A DNA stretch of 63,193 bases, the filler included, from Globobulimina sp. (taxonomy: Eukaryota): the NCBI GenBank assembly GCA_003354225.1. It is 27 parts of 27 records of this genome, joined end to end, with 100 filler letters (N's around TTAATTAATTAA, not from the genome) between each part and the next. Parts side by side here need not be neighbours in the genome. Positions count along the whole stretch, not along the records: positions 56,265 to 58,507 come from PIVH01007933.1; positions 58,608 to 60,850 come from PIVH01007934.1; positions 60,951 to 63,193 come from PIVH01007935.1; 24 more parts are not named here. One strand, 5' to 3'. Both the position numbers and the translations under genes were made by a program. A model generated the notes under the pieces. It had not been told where the DNA came from, did not search any database, and saw only the letters and a program-made list of their open reading frames with translations. Shown here in pieces: positions 57,956-63,193 of this stretch. Within the stretch, counting starts at the first letter, position 1, and each line of letters opens with the position of its first letter.

Positions 57956-58507
57956 CTAATGATAGTGCTGCCATTTTTTACAGTCCTTTTTATGAGACTT
58001 CCAATGGTATTGTTGACAGTGTGTGCTGCAATAATAAACTCTTGAACATCCTCCACATTTCTTTCTGGAATGTTTAAAACTTTTTTTGCAATGGACACAT
58101 TTCGATGAATCAAATTGTTCTTTGTAAAACTTTCTCACTCGTTTCCATTGTTTGCTTTGCTGCACATCAAAAGGAGTTGCTTCATTTGCTAGTATTCCCA
58201 TCATTTTCTTTTCTGCTTTGCTAAAACTTTCGAAATCCGATGTAATTGACAACGAACAACATAGTGTTGGCAGGAAAATAGCATATTCCGTTCTGCAGCC
58301 AGCACAATTAAGTAATACACTGGTTGCAGGTGTTGCAGATTCGGAAATTAGTTTTTGTAGTCCTCGTTTTGTTTGACAGCTGACACATTGTTGAAATCCG
58401 CATTCTGCGCATCCCATACTGCAAGCAAATAAATCCCATTTTTCTTCGAAACAAATACCACATTTTGCAGAGGGATTTATCCAACGATTGAGTCTTATTT
58501 TGCTAAG
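57956..58507 (-). CDS. MYND-type zinc-finger protein, 5'-truncated
   Basis: CVHCKK...KKCGGCSRVYYCSTHCQQYHWKSHKKDC, with additional upstream CxxC pairs. Confidence 0.88.
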   Translation of the reverse strand, partial: LSKIRLNRWINPSAKCGICFEEKWDLFACSMGCAECGFQQCVSCQTKRGLQKLISESATPATSVLLNCAGCRTEYAIFLPTLCCSLSITSDFESFSKAEKKMMGILANEATPFDVQQSKQWKRVRKFYKEQFDSSKCVHCKKSFKHSRKKCGGCSRVYYCSTHCQQYHWKSHKKDCKKWQHYH

Positions 58508-59099
58508 NNNNNNNNNNNNNNNNNNNNNNNNNNNNNNNNNNNNNNNNNNNNTTAATTAATTAANNNNNNNNNNNNNNNNNNNNNNNNNNNNNNNNNNNNN
58601 NNNNNNNCAATCCTCTTAGACATAAGTAGACTTGAAATGTAACGGTCTCAAAAAAAACTTAGTTGGGCATAGTCTAATGGGAACTTTTTCGTTCGACATT
58701 TGATGCTCGATTTGTTCTATTTCAGATGTATGTGGCGCGCAAACTAAACTAAAATATACAGAAAAAGTATAGTTATAATTGAAGCGGAATTTGATGCACA
58801 TCAATTAATTATTATTAAGAATTTGCAAATATCGCATTGTACAGTTCATATGCGCGCATATTGGCATATTTTAATGCGAAAAACAAGCAGAAAAAACAAG
58901 CTGTAAAAATGATGAATTAAGTTAAGTTTTTTTTAAGCTTGACAGCCAACAAAAAACTGCATAACATTACAAATAAAGCACGTCGAAATTGGTTAAAATG
59001 AATATGCCGCAAATTATCTACGACGCTCTCTGTAATTTACGAGATAAACGCTATAAAATGAGGCAATTTTATCTGTAAACAATTATTGTATCTGGACAG

Positions 59100-60629
59100 A
59101 GATTAAATATTGATAAAAATGGCAAACAATCAAACAAAACTGATAAAAATAAGGATGCGTCCTATCTAACAATTGTGTCACTGAATGATTGCAGATTGAG
59201 CCATTTCGACATTTGCATGCTGATAAACGACGATTCAATGCGGGAATCCATCTCCGGCAATAATTTTAACTGCGACGACGAAGAGGAGATAACTGCGACG
59301 CAATTGTCTTATAATTTGATGCGCTTATTATCGACGGATGGATTGGGCGCACAGAATGGCGGTGATGTCGAGGCGTTGTCCTCTTATTTGATGCGGCAAT
59401 GTAAGCGCATATTGTTGCATTCCTTGGGTGTGTACCATCGAAAGATATCGCATGGCAATGTGTATCACGGCCGTGTTTTGTTGGAGATTTTGTTAAATAC
59501 ATGGCCGAAATCCTTGATCTCCGCCTTGGTGGAAGGCCATAACGGCAATCTGATGAATAATAACATCCACATCTTATTTAAGAACGCATTGTTCCGGAAT
59601 CTGCATCAAGGCAATTTGAATTCTTTTTTTTTGGATTTAATCTGTTATAAACCAGACAATGAGGAGAAATACAAAGAGATCTTGTCGTATAAGGTGCAGA
59701 TCATAAAGTTATTCAAACAATGGAAGTTTATGCGCTATTTATTGTCGACGAGCACGAGCAGCAATATAGGGATGAATGGCAATGACAGCGTACAGACCAA
59801 ATATGCCACGTTTTTTATAGATTTGGTGGCGCGCTCGGCAGCCATACCGGAGGTAGCTCCCTTGTTTGCGGGCTGTGAACATTTGATTATTGACTCGTTT
59901 ATAAATGGTTTATTAGACAAAGAGGGGACGCGGACGACGTGGCATCGCATGTTTTGTGGTCAGATTGTCATCCAATTCATGGACATTTGCTCGCGACCGA
60001 CCATCATGGATCCGACGCTGTTATTGGCGGCGGAGTCGGGTTTGATGGATATCGAGCCATCAGCAAATATCTTATATCCATTATTTGAGAAATGTTTGAA
60101 GAGATTGCATTCATATATACCCAAATTGAGTGCGTTAGTTATTAATTATAAATCAGATTATAAGTCGATTAAATTGAATCATTTTAATATTTCCAAACCG
60201 TTCGGGCAAATTCGATTGCATTGTTTGGAGTTATTAACTATTTCGGCGGATTTTGCACAGTTTGAATGCGGCAATGTTTTGGGCAAAATACCGATGAACT
60301 TTTGGGAGTATTTGATTGAAATGGCATTTATGCACAAAACTAATAATATTTTCTTGTGCCATTTTCGAAGATTGATACATTTAACGATGATTTTTAGGAG
60401 AAGGATATTGAAACATTTGTTTGTGGAGAAAAAGTTGTTGGATCGGTTTATTTCATTTTATGTGGAACCACATGATAAGACTGCTTTGCATGGCTATATA
60501 TTACAAATGGTTTATGATATTTGGCAGCATGATCAAGATATTGATGATGATGATGACAATAAGGATTTGAATGAGAATGATGATGAGGATAATGATTCTA
60601 TCAAACATATTGTGTCTCAATACTTGTAA
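59100..60629 (+). CDS. SAPS/SIT4-associated (PP6 regulatory subunit)-like helical protein; first exon uncertain
   Basis: KPFGQIRLHCLELL, HKTNNIFLCHF and ALHGYILQM resemble SAPS motifs (PLG..RL...EL, WNNFLH, GYMGHL); acidic tail. Confidence 0.55.
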   Translation, partial: RLNIDKNGKQSNKTDKNKDASYLTIVSLNDCRLSHFDICMLINDDSMRESISGNNFNCDDEEEITATQLSYNLMRLLSTDGLGAQNGGDVEALSSYLMRQCKRILLHSLGVYHRKISHGNVYHGRVLLEILLNTWPKSLISALVEGHNGNLMNNNIHILFKNALFRNLHQGNLNSFFLDLICYKPDNEEKYKEILSYKVQIIKLFKQWKFMRYLLSTSTSSNIGMNGNDSVQTKYATFFIDLVARSAAIPEVAPLFAGCEHLIIDSFINGLLDKEGTRTTWHRMFCGQIVIQFMDICSRPTIMDPTLLLAAESGLMDIEPSANILYPLFEKCLKRLHSYIPKLSALVINYKSDYKSIKLNHFNISKPFGQIRLHCLELLTISADFAQFECGNVLGKIPMNFWEYLIEMAFMHKTNNIFLCHFRRLIHLTMIFRRRILKHLFVEKKLLDRFISFYVEPHDKTALHGYILQMVYDIWQHDQDIDDDDDNKDLNENDDEDNDSIKHIVSQYL

Positions 60630-61759
60630 TAAAAAACAAAAACTTTTATCTATCTATTATTGTACAGATGTGTTTTTTGTTTTTGTTGTGAATGAATCTT
60701 TCTTGTGAATGAACCATTTTTGTGTTGTTTTTGATTGATGTGCGCAGTATTCCCTTTTTCCTCTGTCCCCTTTCGATCTCTTTTTTTTTTTTTTTTTTCT
60801 TGTTTTTTTTTAATTTTATTTAAATTTTTCTTGTTATTTTTAAAATATATNNNNNNNNNNNNNNNNNNNNNNNNNNNNNNNNNNNNNNNNNNNNTTAATT
60901 AATTAANNNNNNNNNNNNNNNNNNNNNNNNNNNNNNNNNNNNNNNNNNNNGCCCGGTTTGTTTATTGTTTATATATGTTTTAATAGGTAACGGATTTTGA
61001 TGTATATATTATAAACAATAACAGAGATTGCTATTGAAGTCACTGATATTGATATTGAAGCGCCTCACATTTATGTTGAACCAATTGGGCAAATATTTGG
61101 TGATTTAGAAGTTGTTGAAAATATTATCAGAAGAGTGATTTAGAAGTGGATAAAAGAGCTGAATCAGAATCAATTTCATTTAGGAATATGAAAAAAAAAG
61201 AATTATCAAATTCAATACCATATCGTTGAGCGATCAAAAAGACAAAAACGTTATTTAATATTTAATGACTGTTATTGACGAGAACCCTTGTTTTTTTTGT
61301 AATATTTTGTTGGTGAATTGCTTTTTGTTATTGCAAGCATTTGAAACTCATCTTGCAAGGTTTACGGTTGCCAGGGACATTGTCATTTGGCAGGGATTTT
61401 TTCAGCTTAAGGATTTTAGCTCAAGGGATTTTATTTTTTTTCACTACATTTAATTAGCCTTTGGGTTCACTTACTGGTGATAATGAGCCATTTACTGAGG
61501 AAAATGTGTTTTTTCAAGGAAAATTGTCGAAATCTAGAGACATTCTTGTTATGCCATTCTGAGTCAATGGTCTTAACCGTCCCGCAATATTAGAAAACAT
61601 TACCTTCATCTAAATCAAGATAAAATGTTTTTTTTGAACTGACTTCAGTCTCATTCAATGGCAGCTAAAAAGTGCTACAATCACAATCAACAAATAAGAT
61701 ATGTTTTTTATGTTTGTTTACCTTCAATGAGAATGTATTTAATGCATTACAGGCGCACA

Positions 61760-62150
61760 TATGAAAACACCAACGACAACACAAAGGACTGCACCAACGG
61801 CAAAAGGAAGCACTGCACCAACGACAAAGGAAAGGACGGCAACGGCGGCAAAGGAACAAGAAGAGAAACAAAAAAAGGACAGAAGGCGTAGTCGCTGCTA
61901 CACCAACGACAAAGGGGGCAAAGGCAACGAAGGCACTGCAACAACGAAGACAAAGGCAAAGGCAACGACTACAACGACTACAAAGGCACTGCGACAACGA
62001 AGGCAAAGACAACGACGGCAAAGGAACAAGAAGAGAAACAAAGCAAAGGACAGTACCAACCGCAACACAAAGCAGCCAAAGGGAACTAACAAGAAAAGGG
62101 AGAGAAGGAGGTGTAGCCACTGCTACTGCCACACCAAAGCAACCGTGGCC
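61760..62150 (+). repeat. Purine-rich, internally duplicated low-complexity tract (decayed coiled-coil-like coding repeat)
   Basis: Repeated GCACCAACGACAAAGG / GCAAAGGCAACG units; GGCAAAGGAACAAGAAGAGAAACAAA occurs at about 61846 and 62017 in different reading frames. Confidence 0.65.
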
Positions 62151-63193
62151 ATTTTTTGTGTGAATAAAATCAGCAATACAATATATTGTTTTATATATGG
62201 CTTTATGTTTTTAGTTTAATTTGTTTTTCGTTTAAATTCTATTTTACTCCACTAAGTGGGGTAAACGGCCCGGCCCAAAAGGAGTGGAGTAATTCCACTT
62301 TTACTGCGTTTTTTTGGGTAAAATTGAATACGTAGTTTTATTCCAAAAAATGACCATACAGTGAATTTTGTATCATCATAATAATAGAAACTAATATATG
62401 TTTTGAATTACAAACATTACATCTATCAATTCTCTCTATAATAATCCATCCATCCGACGAGACACAAACGATCGAGGACATTAAGCTCAAAGCAAAACTT
62501 TTTTGTCTTCGCAGCATCAAAAACAATGGATGCTCCGTAGCATATCGCGAGCGAGCTCGCCAATTTATTATGGTTATTATGGTATTTATGGCGGAGAAGC
62601 CGCCTCATTGTATTTATTATGGTATTTATTTGCGAGCCATTTATCGCAATCAGGGGAATCTATTTATTGTGATGGTAGCTCATTGAGAGCATCTTATTCA
62701 ATAAGATTTGGGTTCAAATCCCAATTATCACAGTTTTTTTGAAGTAAATTAAGGTTTTAGCTCATCGTGTGTGTTTTTTTAGTTTCTATTTTATTTGGTA
62801 TTTATGCAAGAAAGTGACTTTTATAGTAGTCAAATTAAAGTTTTTTATAGGCGTTTTTTGGAATAAATACCTTTAAAGGGTGTTGCAAAAGTCTGTGTAC
62901 CCTAACGGTAAATGCACTGTAACTTAATGAATATTTGAGCTTCATCAAAATAAATCATATCACAATAAACATAAACATTGTATATCCGAATGCCATTCTA
63001 TCTATTTATATTGAGCCAGACATTTCTATTGATCCTATTTAAAGAATGTGCCCTAGTTTTAATAATATCAATCATAATGGATTAATATTAACACACAACA
63101 AACATGTATCATAGATAAACAGTCACACACAAAATCAATATTGTACATATCATATATGAGAAGTTATGGAGCCATTATGGGGTACACAGACTT

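Noticed and set aside
2247-60950. TTAATTAATTAA recurring about every 2345 bp, suggestive of a CRISPR-like array or nanochromosome ends
   Set aside because: Always embedded in a fixed 44N-12-44N block between size-sorted contigs; it is an artificial six-frame-stop linker.
61658-62219. Several overlapping ORFs on both strands
   Set aside because: They arise from a T-poor low-complexity repeat with shifting frames; no single credible protein.
1-63193. Operon or gene-cluster reading across contigs, for example linking the Ub-Hint gene with RING, F-box or DUSP genes
   Set aside because: Contigs are ordered by length, not genomic position, so neighbourhood across spacers carries no information.
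1-63193. rRNA, tRNA or CRISPR arrays
   Set aside because: None recognised by eye; a tRNAscan-SE or Infernal run would be needed to exclude small RNAs formally.

Overview
This window is not a continuous locus. It is 27 unrelated contigs of 2243-2246 bp, sorted by decreasing length and joined by 26 artificial 100-nt spacers (44 N + TTAATTAATTAA + 44 N, which puts stops in all six frames). Adjacency across spacers therefore has no biological meaning. The DNA is AT-rich and eukaryotic, uses the standard code, has short (about 55-95 nt) GT-AG introns and packs genes very tightly. A divergent type-2 beta-tubulin points to a foraminiferan (Rhizaria/Retaria). Recognisable genes include beta-tubulin, an ATP9/Neo1-type P4-ATPase, an anoctamin, a rhodanese-DUSP phosphatase, a sulfotransferase, a Patched/NPC1-like SSD protein, an MFS transporter, a C-type lectin, LRR, RING, MYND, F-box, AKAP7-like 2H and SAPS-like proteins, a degraded CRE-like non-LTR retrotransposon and several fold-back elements. 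The top finding is at 49236-51478: a spliced gene in which a near-canonical ubiquitin ending in LRLRGG is fused directly to the catalytic Cys1 of a Hint/intein-like domain, downstream of a further Ubl and a conserved uncharacterised domain. This could generate a ubiquitin-Gly76 thioester without E1 or ATP. Other leads are a cytochrome b5-COG2907 flavoprotein fusion, a recurrent F-box/SOCS-like N-terminal motif, head-to-head genes 18-130 bp apart, and chimeric junctions, including a bacterial paaK fragment. All family assignments come from motif recognition by eye; no searches were run.
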